Assembly (NCBI RefSeq): GCF_004010195.1
Contig: NC_057749.1
Span: 15,196,436-15,260,295 of the forward strand
Length of the DNA stretch: 63,860 nt
Reading direction: 5' to 3'
From: Chiloscyllium plagiosum
Lineage: Eukaryota
Shown here: positions 25,316 to 35,949 of the stretch, one piece after another
How positions within the stretch are numbered: position 1 is the first letter of the stretch
Layout: each line of letters opens with the position of its first letter
Notes under the pieces: model-generated
Databases searched by the model: none
The model's input: the letters and a program-made list of their open reading frames with translations, nothing else
What the model was told of the DNA's origin: nothing
Made by a program: the position numbers and the translations under genes

Positions 25316-25864
25316 CTTTCTGGCAGTGGTTCGCGTTCCAACAGCGGTAGTTGTACTGGTTGTTCACACTGGTCTTAATACAGAGGGGCTGGTCCTCCAT
25401 GGTTCCTGGGCAAACATCCCCACACTCGCTCTGCTGTTTATTCCGATCGATATAGTTATTCTCCACAGGATCCAGAATAAAGGACCAGTCAATGGTGGAT
25501 AAGTAACAGAGGTCATGGTTCTTCTCAATCCGCACAGCGCCCCGTGTGATATTCTGAAGGCTGTACAGCCCAATCTCTTTCAAGTGAATCATTTCGAAGA
25601 TGACCAGAGCGTAGTTGAAGAAAAGGTTTATCCCACGGATGACGGCAAGATTTGGGAAGAGGTCCCTCAGCGTCTCCAGCCCGTAGACGCGGTATAGCAG
25701 CAGGTAGTCGGTGATAACCGTTAGCTTTGGGAATCGGAGGACACGGAAGTCTTCTGCTTTGCCGTTGAAGATGAGCAGGATCTGCAGGTAGCCTTCGATT
25801 ATGGTACAGTTCTCCAGCTGTCGGAGATCACTCACGTGATTCCTGATATCCATACCACTGCATA
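25316..25864 (-). CDS. Coding exon 2 (L1 domain and start of furin-like Cys-rich region) of the insulin/IGF receptor-family gene
   Basis: Translates [30 protein letters not shown]...[34 protein letters not shown]...NYALVIFEM...CYLSTIDWS...ECGDVCPG...[11 protein letters not shown]. Acceptor tccgtttccctttcAG at 25866-25865, donor G|GTAGGT at 25315, 549 nt, phase 1-1, matching family exon 2 boundaries. Confidence 0.97.
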
Positions 25865-25983
25865 CTGAAAGGGAAACGGAGGATCTGTTATAGCATTTCA
25901 TGACATAAATATAAAACATGTCAATCCCCTCACACCCTGCCATTAACCAACACATTAAGATTCCACTTTTCTGAAAGAAGGGG

Positions 25984-26030
25984 CTTGCTGTCGAAGCTTG
26001 TCATCTTGCACTCATCAGGACACGTGCAAG
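25984..26030 (-). ncRNA. Type I hammerhead ribozyme-like motif with one core substitution
   Basis: Minus strand: CTTGC-ACG-TGTC CTGATGA GT-GCAAG-AT GACA AGCT TC GACA-GCAAG. Helix I, core, helix II, self-complementary helix III and UUC site are present; position 14 is C instead of A. Confidence 0.6.
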
Positions 26031-26375
26031 AATGCCAAATTTTATAGGGAGCAACAATTTATACTTCATCAGGAAAGGGTGCTCACTGGCTGAAAATTCA
26101 CCGCCGTGCTGTGGAGAATCAGTATCCCTAGATCTTGGCTTAAATCAGAAAAGGCATGACGCCTGGCGTTATGGACCAGACCAGAACCAACTCAAAACAC
26201 TTTCAGAAGGTAGCCTAGACACTAACCCTTATTTATTTTTAAAGGGAAATGTGAAGTGTCACGTTCCAGATGCAATGCGCCTGATCAAACTACTCAACTT
26301 TAAGCAAAGCACTGTAGTTAAAACACTACCAAAGAAAGAGGAATTAGAATAACTTAACTCTTATTGGAAAACTTA

Positions 26376-26540
26376 AGTCCAAAGATGTGCAGGTCAGGTG
26401 AATTGACCGTGCTAAATTGCCCATAGTGTTAGGTGCATTAGTCAGAGTTAAGTGGGACTGGGTGGGTTACTCTTCAGAGGGTCGGTGTGGACCTGATGGG
26501 TCGAAGGGCCCGTTTCCACACTGTAGGGAATCTCTAATCT
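26376..26540 (+). mobile_element. 5'-truncated HE1-type SINE
   Basis: agtccaaagatgtgcaggtcaggtgaattg...gtttccacactgtagggaatc. Confidence 0.85.
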
Positions 26541-26840
26541 CTCTAATTTCTTAACAGAAGAATAGGTACAGCAACTATTACGAATTAACTGTTCCATTAT
26601 AGTAACATCCCCTAGACACACCCCTTGGCAAAGGCAGGCATTTCTGACACAGATTCTTATATGCAGTTCTCCCATCCAGGAGGAAGAAACATCAAGAGAA
26701 AAATTCAGAGAGGTATTAGCCAGGAGAAGCTTCCAACTCTGTTGAGACCCCAATAGCTCTGATGCAACTGAAGAAACAAAACCCAGAGATCTTAATCAGA
26801 GAGATCTGACCACACTCATTCAGCCTGTTTTCAGAAAAAG

Positions 26841-27013
26841 GAGAAAGGGAGGACTGCAGATGCTGGAGATCAGAGTAGAGTGTGTGGCGCTGGAAAAAGC
26901 ACAGCAGCTCAGGCAGCTTCTGCGGAACAGGAGAGTCGACGTTTCGGGCGTAAGCTCTTCATCAGGAATGCTGCCTGAGTTGCTGCGCTTTTCCAGCACC
27001 ACACTCTCGACTC
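26841..27013. mobile_element. PLE-derived fold-back insert with hammerhead-like core
   Basis: Minus strand CTGATGA-A-GAGC-TTAC-GCCC-GAAAC-GTCGAC; inverted arms gctggaaaaagcacagcagctcaggcagc / gctgcctgagttgctgcgcttttccagc. Confidence 0.8.
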
Positions 27014-27310
27014 CATTTTAATAAAAACCCAAGGCCTCCCAAGCTATTTACTCAAGTGTCTTAACTAGCCAGCTTGGTACCTCTATCTTACATCCTCTCC
27101 AAACAAAAAACACTCCAAGACTAAATAACTTCTTTAAGTGATAGCATCACCATGCTGGGCATAGTCCTTTCCCCTGTCATGGCCGCGCCTGAGACATATC
27201 AATATTTGTGGTTGCCAGCCAGTGTAGGTGAGCCCCATTGTAAGCCTGACTGATGCTTTTAAATTGGGTGTTAATGTAATTCTTTGTATGGCTGGGATTA
27301 CTCAGGAAGT

Positions 27311-27433
27311 AGGCTAAAGTGAGGACTGCAGATGCTGGAAATCAGAGTTTAGATCAGAGTGGTGCTGGAAAAGCGCAGCAGGTCAGGCAGCATCCGAGGA
27401 GCAGGAAAATCGACATTTCGGACAAAAGCCGTC
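27311..27433 (-). mobile_element. Short PLE 3' end
   Basis: Same terminus family; flanked by ATTACTCAG(G/C)AAGT at 27297-27310 and 27434-27447 (probable TSD). Confidence 0.75.
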
Positions 27434-27904
27434 ATTACTCAGCAAGTGCTATCCAAGGACATTGATGGATCCATGAAGGAATCTGAACATGTAAATGACA
27501 ACACTAAGTCCCACCACGGACTAGCCTACACGGAGCAGATGGATATTAGCAGGATGGAGTCAGGAGTCATTTAGAACATCACAGTGTGGGGAGAGGAGGG
27601 AAAGTGAAGTGAAAATACTGCCAAATTAACTTGATTGAGAGTTCAAAATATAAAAGATCCAAATAACACCCACTTTCTAAATTAATTATATATTTCCTGA
27701 AGCTCTGATTAAGCAGCCAATACTACTCAGGAACTTTAACAAAAGCAAACTAGAAAATCAAAGTGTCCTGAGCCAGATTCGCATTCAACTGGAACCAAAA
27801 GAGATTCACTGCAGCAAATAAAAAAGCAGCTTCAAATTTGAAGGAACAGTCAGCAACCTTGCATATTAAAATGTTAATCCAGAGCAAAGGTTCCCAATTT
27901 TGGG

Positions 27905-28020
27905 GGTCTGAAGAGTCATCAAGACTCGAAACATTAGCTTGCTCTCTCCCCACGGATGCTGTCTAACCCACCGTGATCTCCAGCATTTGTTGTTTTCAGT
28001 ACAGGTCCCAGCATCTGCAG
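27905..28020 (+). mobile_element. Short PLE 3' end, second subfamily
   Basis: CTGAA-GAGTC-ATCAA-GACTC-GAAAC...ggatgctg...ccagcatctgcag; matches 42350-42450. Confidence 0.7.
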
Positions 28021-29814
28021 GAACTTGCTCCTAATCCAGTTGTCCCAGTAACATTCTCACCGAGGGGTTCCCGAACTTACAAGCCCCGAGATTGGGTCAC
28101 TGTAGGAAAAACATTTGGGAAACACTGCTCCAGAGCAAGGACCGCTGCAAGAACACAAGACTGCAACTTGTTTAAACTAATTCCTGGCAGCCATCACAGA
28201 ACAGAAGCCAGCCAATGGGCCAGTCAGGACCATGCCCAGTTCTCAGTGCAGTCATCCAGTTGGTCCCATTTCCCTGCTCTACATGGCGTACTTATCTCCT
28301 TCAGGTGCCCATTCAATCTCCTTTTGAAACAGTTCACCATCTCTGCTTCCAGCAAACTCCAGGATTTCAGGACTAACTGTCAAATCATTCTTCCTCACAG
28401 CTTCAGCATATCTTGCCCTGAACGTTGTAACTTTGTCCTGAAGTCCTTGCTCCACCACCTAATGCAAACAAATCTTGCTTTGTCCAGCACTTCTCCATTG
28501 TGTGAGTGTCTTTAACTTGCTCAGAAGTTACAAGCGTTGCTGGTTAGATCAGTATTTGTTTACCAGCCTCAGGTCGAAGAGCTGCCTTCTTGAACCGCCG
28601 CAGTCCTTGGGTTGGAAGTGCACCCACAGATCCAGGATTTTGACCCAGCAACATGCTCCCAATTCAGGACGGCGTGCAATTTGGAGCATAACTTGTAGGA
28701 GGTGGTGTTCCCATTTATCTGCTGCCCTTGTCCATTATGATGGAGGAGATTCGGGGTTTAGGAGGTACTGTTGGAGGAGCCTTGGCAAATTATAATCTAT
28801 CTGCCTCTAACACTTCACCCGCCAGTATCCAAGGTGAACGATCCAGACTTTTGCAACCCAACCTTGGCGCTAAAACCCCTCATCTGTGGAAGCATTCTGG
28901 TGAACCTCCACTTATACCTTTGCTGCAGTGAAGCAGGATTCAAACAGACTAAACTATCACCTCATCGCATCACTGTGGTAACCAACCCCATAATGTCTCA
29001 ACGTCCACTGAGGACACATTGGCTCCAATCCTTCAGACAGACACTGTGTGAGAAACACTCTCTGAACGGTTCCCACTGGTTATCAAGCTAAAGCTATGTA
29101 CTGACCTACACAGTCCAGGTAGGTGACTAGTGGGTGTCAAATTAACCTGGCTCAGCCTCCGTGGTGTAGGAAGGAGATACAACACACCTCAACAGACAAG
29201 GAGAAATACTGCCACTCCCAAATATCACCCAGTGGCTACCATTAGAAATTGCCCACCGTTATGCTATGCATCTTCTCGCACTCTCTTCAAAAACAGATTT
29301 TTGGGGGGGAACAGTAGGGAGGTGTTGGCAGGATTCCTGGGGTTGATTACTAGCTTGGTGAGTTCCACAGCCAACATAACCTGGTGTGGGTCTCCAACCT
29401 GGGGCTCGTGGCCCACAGATAGTAATGCTACTGCAGCACCACAAGACCACTCCAGAATAAATGACTGAGGCTGCACAGTTAACATCTAACAAATAACCAG
29501 GCTGGACGCGGTCACAAGCTCTGCAAATAAATACACTTAACCTCCATGCGCCCCCCCCTCGTTACCCTAATGCCAGCCAGAACTTTGAACTGATCCAAAA
29601 CTCCGCTTTCTATACGGGTTCACAAAGGAGTCCGTTTGGATGCAAGTTGGAACACGATGCAGGCCAATGTAAAGGAGCCATTTGCACGTACAGGAAATGT
29701 GCATATGTCAGACGTTTAAAATCACACCCCGAATGGGATCTCATTCCTAAGTAGCAGCATTGCTAAGTCAGGGACAGGCATTTATAACTCGGGGAGTCAG
29801 TGTTCTAATTCAGA

Positions 29815-29965
29815 TCAGAAGTCACACAACACCAGGTTATAATCCAAATCAAGTTTTCAGAGCGCTGCTCCTTCGTCATTGTGATTTCAAATAAACCTGT
29901 TGGACTGTAACCTGGTGTCATGTGACTTCTGACCTCGTCCAGCACCAGCACCTCCACATCATGGC
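29815..29965. mobile_element. Fold-back element of the CACCAGGTTAT family
   Basis: tcagaagtcacacaacaccaggttat / gtaacctggtgtcatgtgacttctga inverted arms. Confidence 0.75.
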
Positions 29966-30669
29966 TAATTCAAATCAAGTCCCATTCACCTATCGTCTGC
30001 ACTGACTGATATTTAAACATCTCATCCCTGTTTTCAGGTCCCTCCCGGTCATGCTCCTCCCAATTCCTGATAACCTGCAGTCTCTCGGTTTTCCTCCACT
30101 TCTGGCCCTCTTTTACATTCCAGAATTCCATCACTGCACCAACACCGGGCTCTGGAACGCTCAAAGGGCACTACACAAATGCAAGCTGTCGCTCTCCAAC
30201 TGGGAGAAATCTGGAGGAAGAGCCTGGCCCTGGTGATGCAGACCACCAAAGGGCAAGAGAAGTTAAATGAAGTGGTAATGGTTAAGCAAAGCCAAAGCTT
30301 GTAAAATAAAGAACACTGTGCTGGTTTCACTTACAGAGTATTTCAGTCTCGATAACAGAAGTGATGCTATCCCCTTTCAATTGAAGTTACTGTACAGCAA
30401 ACATTCACAAACAGTTCGATTTTAATTTGTTCAAATACCAGCATTCACTAGCATTTACACAACACGAGGCACTGGAAGCACAAGATCTTTATCACATAAA
30501 TTGGTTGTTTTCACATCATACGCCATATGCAGTGGGACTCACCTCTTACAGCAATGGGAAGGGAAGAATTGGGACAAGTTGCACCCTTATCAATAACACT
30601 CGCAAGCTTGGTTTAAAATTAAATTAAGCATTCACTGCTTTGCTTTCCCCGCATTCTCTCAAATCTCTC

Positions 30670-31070
30670 CAACTACAGAGTCATGGAGATGTACAGCACA
30701 GAAACAAACCCTTTGGTCCAACCCGTCCATGCTGCCCAGATATCCTAATCCAGTCCCATTTTCCAGCACTTGGCCCATATCCCTCTAAACTCTTCCTATT
30801 CATATACCATCCAGATGCCTTTTCAATGTTCTAATTGTACCAGCCTCCACCACTTCCTCTGGCAACTCATTCCATACATGTATCACCCTCTGTGTGAAAA
30901 GGTTATCCCTTACGTCTTTTATAAAAATCTTTCCCCTTACACCTTATTATGCCCTCTAGTATGTGACTCCCCCACCGTGAGAAGACGACCTTGGTTATTC
31001 ACTCTATCCATGCCCCTCTTGATTTTATAAATCTCTATAAAGGTCACCCCTCAGGCTCCAACATTCCATG
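30670..31070 (-). mobile_element. CR1/HER1 3' fragment
   Basis: Tail plus ccagcctccaccacttcctctggca...ggtcacccctcag. Confidence 0.9.
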
Positions 31071-31224
31071 AGCCATATGATTCATTCACCTCTCCCTCCC
31101 TGTCAAACACTTCAATCCCCACTTCAATCTGCTGCAGAAGGGAATTCTAGATTCCTATTACCTCGTGTGAGCAAAGAATATTTTTTAATTTCACTCTTAG
31201 ACATGGTCTTGAGACTAAAGCAAA

Positions 31225-31800
31225 TCTTAGCAGGATTTATACACTTAATGGTAAGGTCCTTGGAAGTATTGCTGAACAAAGAGACCTTGGAGTGCAGATT
31301 CATAGCTCCTTGAAAGTGGAGTCACAGGTAGATAGGATAGTGAAGAAGGTGTTTGGTATGCTTTCCTTTATTGGTCAGAGTATTGAGTACAGGAGTTGGG
31401 AGGTCATGTTGCGGCTATACAGGACATTGGTTAGGCCACTGTTGGAATACTGTGTGCAATTCTGGTCTCCTTCCTATCGGAAAGATGTTGTGAAACTTGA
31501 AAGGGTTCAGAAAAGATTGACAAGGATTTTGCCAGGGTTGGAGGATCTGAGCTACAGGGAGAGGCTGAACAGGCTGGGGCTGGTTTCCCTGGAGCATCGG
31601 AGGCTGAGAAGTGACCTTATAGAGGTTTACAAAATCATGAGGGGCATGGATAGGGTAAATAGAAAGGTATTTTTCCTAAGGTGGGTGGAGTCCACAACTC
31701 GAGGGCATAGGTTTAGGGTGAGCGGGGAAAGAGACTTAAGGGGCAACTTTTTCACACAGAGGGTGGTGCGTGTGTGGAATGAGCTGCCAGAGGAAGCGGT
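31225..31800 (+). mobile_element. CR1/HER1 ORF2 3' fragment
   Basis: VMLRLYRTLVRPLLEYCVQFWSPSYRKDVVKLERVQKR...FFTQRVVRVWNELPEE. Confidence 0.95.
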
Positions 31801-32724
31801 GGCAGGTGGTCACAGAAAGATTCCCTGTTTTTCTTCGAAACATAGTTTTGCATATTCTGAATTACTTCCTTGCCGTTTTTGCATTACTGACCATAACATT
31901 TTTGCTTGGGTTTCCCAATCAACAACATCAAGAGCTGCAACACCCCTGAGAGCAATAGCAAGCCAATGGTTGCACAAAACTAACTGCAAGAGCCAGAATT
32001 GAAAACACTGCGCATCTGCTGCTTTACTGGGGATCAATCCAGAAAGTAGCAGGCAAGGCAAAGCAGATTTCAACATTGAGCTTAGCCAGGATATCAATGC
32101 CAACGAGTTCAACTCTTCCCATTGCTTGCATATGTTCCACAAAGCACTAACAGCTCTCTTCGACTTTGTTCAGGCCGCAGTGTCAGAAGATGAGTGTTAC
32201 AGGGTTTCTGAACACAGAAGGCACCATTAGCTGAACAACATCCTGTTCTTTAACTGCAACTTCTACCTCCTTGTCTAGATCACTGCAAATTGCACCTGCC
32301 CTCAGTACACTGAGCTAGGGAACAAAGATGAAGTTTGTTGGCGGGGGGGGGGGGGGGGGAATGCAAGGATTAATGGCGGGATGTTCACCATCCCCTCCGG
32401 TAGCATCAATGCGATAGCAAGGAGTGCCACACTATCCGAGGTGCCTTTTATAAGAATATTACGGCTGCTGTCTCCGGTTGGGGGATGGGATTCAACAAAC
32501 CCCATGGCATCGTTCACAAGAAGTTCCCCAGGGCAAGTCCACTTGGCTGCTAGCAGGAAAAGGAACCGGTGACTTGGTCATGAGCTTGTTGCAGTTCAGG
32601 AGCTGACTGCATGTAAACTGGCTGCCATACTCTCTCCACCACAAACTGGAGTTTCATTCTAAAATGTAAAGCTTAGTTATAAATTACTGCCGGACAATGA
32701 ACTGTTTGACATAAACGCACAGAA

Positions 32725-33040
32725 TAGTGATGTACAGATGGAAGCAGACTCGTCAATGCCGACCAGATATCCTCAATTAATCCAGTCCCATTTGCCAGCA
32801 CTTGGCTCAGATCCCTGTAAACCCTTCCTAGTCATATATACATCCAGATACCTTTTCAATGCTTTAATTGTACCAGCCTCCACCACTTCCTCTGGCAGCT
32901 CATTCCATACATGCACCACCCTCTGCATGAAAACGTTGCACCTTAGGACCCTTTTCAATCTTTCCCCTCTCACCCCAAACCTATACCTCTCTAGTTTTGG
33001 ACTCCCCTACCCCAGGAAAAACACCTTGGCTATTCCCTTA
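32725..33040 (-). mobile_element. CR1/HER1 3' end
   Basis: QRVVHVWNELPEEVVEAGTIKALKRYLDVYM plus tail. Confidence 0.9.
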
Positions 33041-34479
33041 TTTTGCACGGTGGGGGTTTTGCAGGGGGTTTAACATTGATGGAGAGGTGTCTGACAATCA
33101 CATGCTTCAGAAGCAGGAAGCCAGCAAGAGCTGAGGGATCGAGGCCAAGAGGAAACACAAACACCATCCAGAGTATGAATCAAGCTCATCTCTTTCAACA
33201 CTGTAGTTATCCTGTGATCATGTTCAATTAGGTGGATAAAACGTTCTCCGCCCCACACCCCTGTCGGTTTGTTTTCTGCATGAATCATCGCTGATGGACC
33301 CACTGCAAGGTGTGGTGAGGGCTGAAGAAATAGGATATAAAGTAGCTGTTTCCCCACAGCACAGGGCATGGTGATCGGCACAGGCTTGGAGGGCCGAAGG
33401 GCGCGTTGCTGTGCAATACTTCTCTCTTGTTCTTTTTGAAGAGGGGGAGAGCAAGAGAGGTCGAGAGTTCAGGCAAGGTGTGACGCAGAGCAGAGAGAAC
33501 GCCACTGGCCTCAGGTTCGATAGCCTGAATGTTGGCTGATCAAACCAAGGACTGATGTTACCACCCATCCCCTTTCCACCTTTCCTTGCAATCTCCTCCA
33601 TCCCTCAGTACTCCTCCAGTTCCAGCCTCTGCGGGCCCACAGCCTACTGCATGAAACTTCTGGTCACCCTGCCCCAATACTGCAAGCTGCTCAGAGTCAA
33701 ATTCAATTGGGTGATGGCCCTGTGAAGCCCAATGGGATGTCTTGGAAGTGCTATATTATTGCAAAGTTATCTTTATAGATGAGGTGTTACCATTCACCTC
33801 AGTAACCCTAAGCTGTCCTTGGGAGAAAGGTCGGATGTTCGTGTCCTGCAGCCTGGGAGTTGGGCGATACCAGAATTACCCAACTCTGATTCTGTCCTCA
33901 CTATCAGTTGGGGACTGGCCTAATGTTGAGAGAGAGACTTGGCTAAACACATACAAGGTACACCTAGTTACTTCACAGGCCCCACTGCACCTGGGAAGGT
34001 GAACAGCACATGAGCCTTTATTATTGTTGAGAATACGTACTAAAGGACCATCTGGGAAAACTGCTGGAAGATAGTTATTGTGACCCTTTCATGGAAAGCG
34101 GTCTCCCATATCATTAATTGAAAATGAAACCATTGTGTTCTGTGGAATACCTGCTGTTTACTGGAATTCAAGTGACCTTGGAGAAACAGCTAAGCAAAGC
34201 TTTCAAGGAGATAAGAGATCAAGTTGATTGACTTAATTATTGAAAAAAACCTGGTTTTGAGAGCCTTCGGGGCCCCAATACTAATAGTTGCCTAGCAACT
34301 TTCTCTAAACGTAAGACTTCTGCCCTAGAGTGATCCTGGATCTACGAGACATTCTCATGAAATCCGTTCCTCAGTTGGAGTCCCTGGAAATTTGATATCA
34401 TTTCCAAACACCAGTATTTCTGTCCACCTGGTAAAATCTGATGTGGTGGACTGAAACCAATCCCCAACAACCAGAATCC

Positions 34480-35290
34480 AAGTGTGCATGTCTGCGTGTT
34501 GGGAGGGTGTTTGCACGTGTCTGGGGACGTGTGTGTGTGTGTCTGAGCATTTGGGGGGGTGTGTGCACATGTCTGGGGGATGTCTGCGTGTTGNNNNNNN
34601 NNNNNNNNNNNNNNNNNNNNNNNNNNNNNNNNNNNNNNNNNNNNNNNNNNNNNNNNNNNNNNNNNNNNNNNNNNNNNNNNNNNNNNNNNNNNNNNNNNNN
34701 NNNNNNNNNNNNNNNNNNNNNNNNNNNNNNNNNNNNNNNNNNNNNNNNNNNNNNNNNNNNNNNNNNNNNNNNNNNNNNNNNNNNNNNNNNNNNNNNNNNN
34801 NNNNNNNNNNNNNNNNNNNNNNNNNNNNNNNNNNNNNNNNNNNNNNNNNNNNNNNNNNNNNNNNNNNNNNNNNNNNNNNNNNNNNNNNNNNNNNNNNNNN
34901 NNNNNNNNNNNNNNNNNNNNNNNNNNNNNNNNNNNNNNNNNNNNNNNNNNNNNNNNNNNNNNNNNNNNNNNNNNNNNNNNNNNNNNNNNNNNNNNNNNNN
35001 NNNNNNNNNNNNNNNNNNNNNNNNNNNNNNNNNNNNNNNNNNNNNNNNNNNNNNNNNNNNNNNNNNNNTTTGGGGAATGTTTGCTTGTTGGGGGATGTTT
35101 GCATGTTAGGTGTGTGTGTCTGCGTATTGAGGGTGTGCGTGTGTGTCTGTGTGGTGGGGGGTGTACATGTCTGTGTGTTGTGGGGGAGGTGTTTGCATGC
35201 CTGCATGTGGAGTGGGAGTGTGTCTGTGACTGCGTCTATGATGGGAGAAGTGGGGGGGGGAAAAAGAGTGGGGCAGGTGGGCGTCTGCAC
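34480..35290. repeat. GT-rich low-complexity repeat flanking an N-gap (34594-35068)
   Basis: Degenerate gtgtgcatgtctgggg units. Confidence 0.75.
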
Positions 35291-35724
35291 ATGCAAGGGG
35301 TGATGAATGCTTCCTGTTATTGAGATGGGTTCTGAGGAAGGGTCACTGGACATGAAACGTTAGTTCTACTTTCTCTCCAAACGTGCTGCCTGACCTGCAT
35401 GAACGCATTGAATACATGGTTCTTTTTGGAACATTTTAAAGAAAGACCATGCCATTCAAACCTCACATTTCATATTGCCAGTGTGTCCCAGAGCATTGAA
35501 CAGCTAATTAACAGTAATCACAGAAGGACATACCTTTGACCAAATAATAAATATTAGCGAGGGCAGTGTGATAACTCATGTTTAAGATGGAGTCCTGGGT
35601 CTAATACATGGACTCGAGCGCACAGAGGGCATCTTGGTTTTAACTTGCATTCAAGCCAGTGCAACACTGTCAGTATGGCCTTGATTGAGAGCGACCACAT
35701 ACTGGACAATGGATTCAGAAAGCT

Positions 35725-35949
35725 GTTAAGATTAGAGTGGTGCTGGGAAAGCAAAGCAGGTCAGGCAGCATCAGAGCAGGAAAATTCGACATTTCGGGCA
35801 AAAGCCCTTCATCAGGAATGAGGCTGGGATTCAGATTTTGCTGATTTTGCTGAAGCTCCTCGGATGCTGCCTGAACTGCTGTGCTCTTCCAGCACCATTG
35901 ATCCAGAATCTGGTTTCCAGCATCTGCAGTCATTGTTTTTACCCTGCTG
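35725..35949. mobile_element. PLE-derived fold-back insert
   Basis: Minus CTGATGA-A-GGGC-TTTT-GCCC-GAAAT; inverted arms; flanked by GGATTCAGAA(A/G)GCT at 35711 and 35950. Confidence 0.8.

Noticed and set aside
25865..25955. N-terminal extension of the 216-aa ORF ([10 protein letters not shown]...)
   Set aside because: Intronic read-through upstream of the acceptor; the real N-terminus is exon 1 at 46056.
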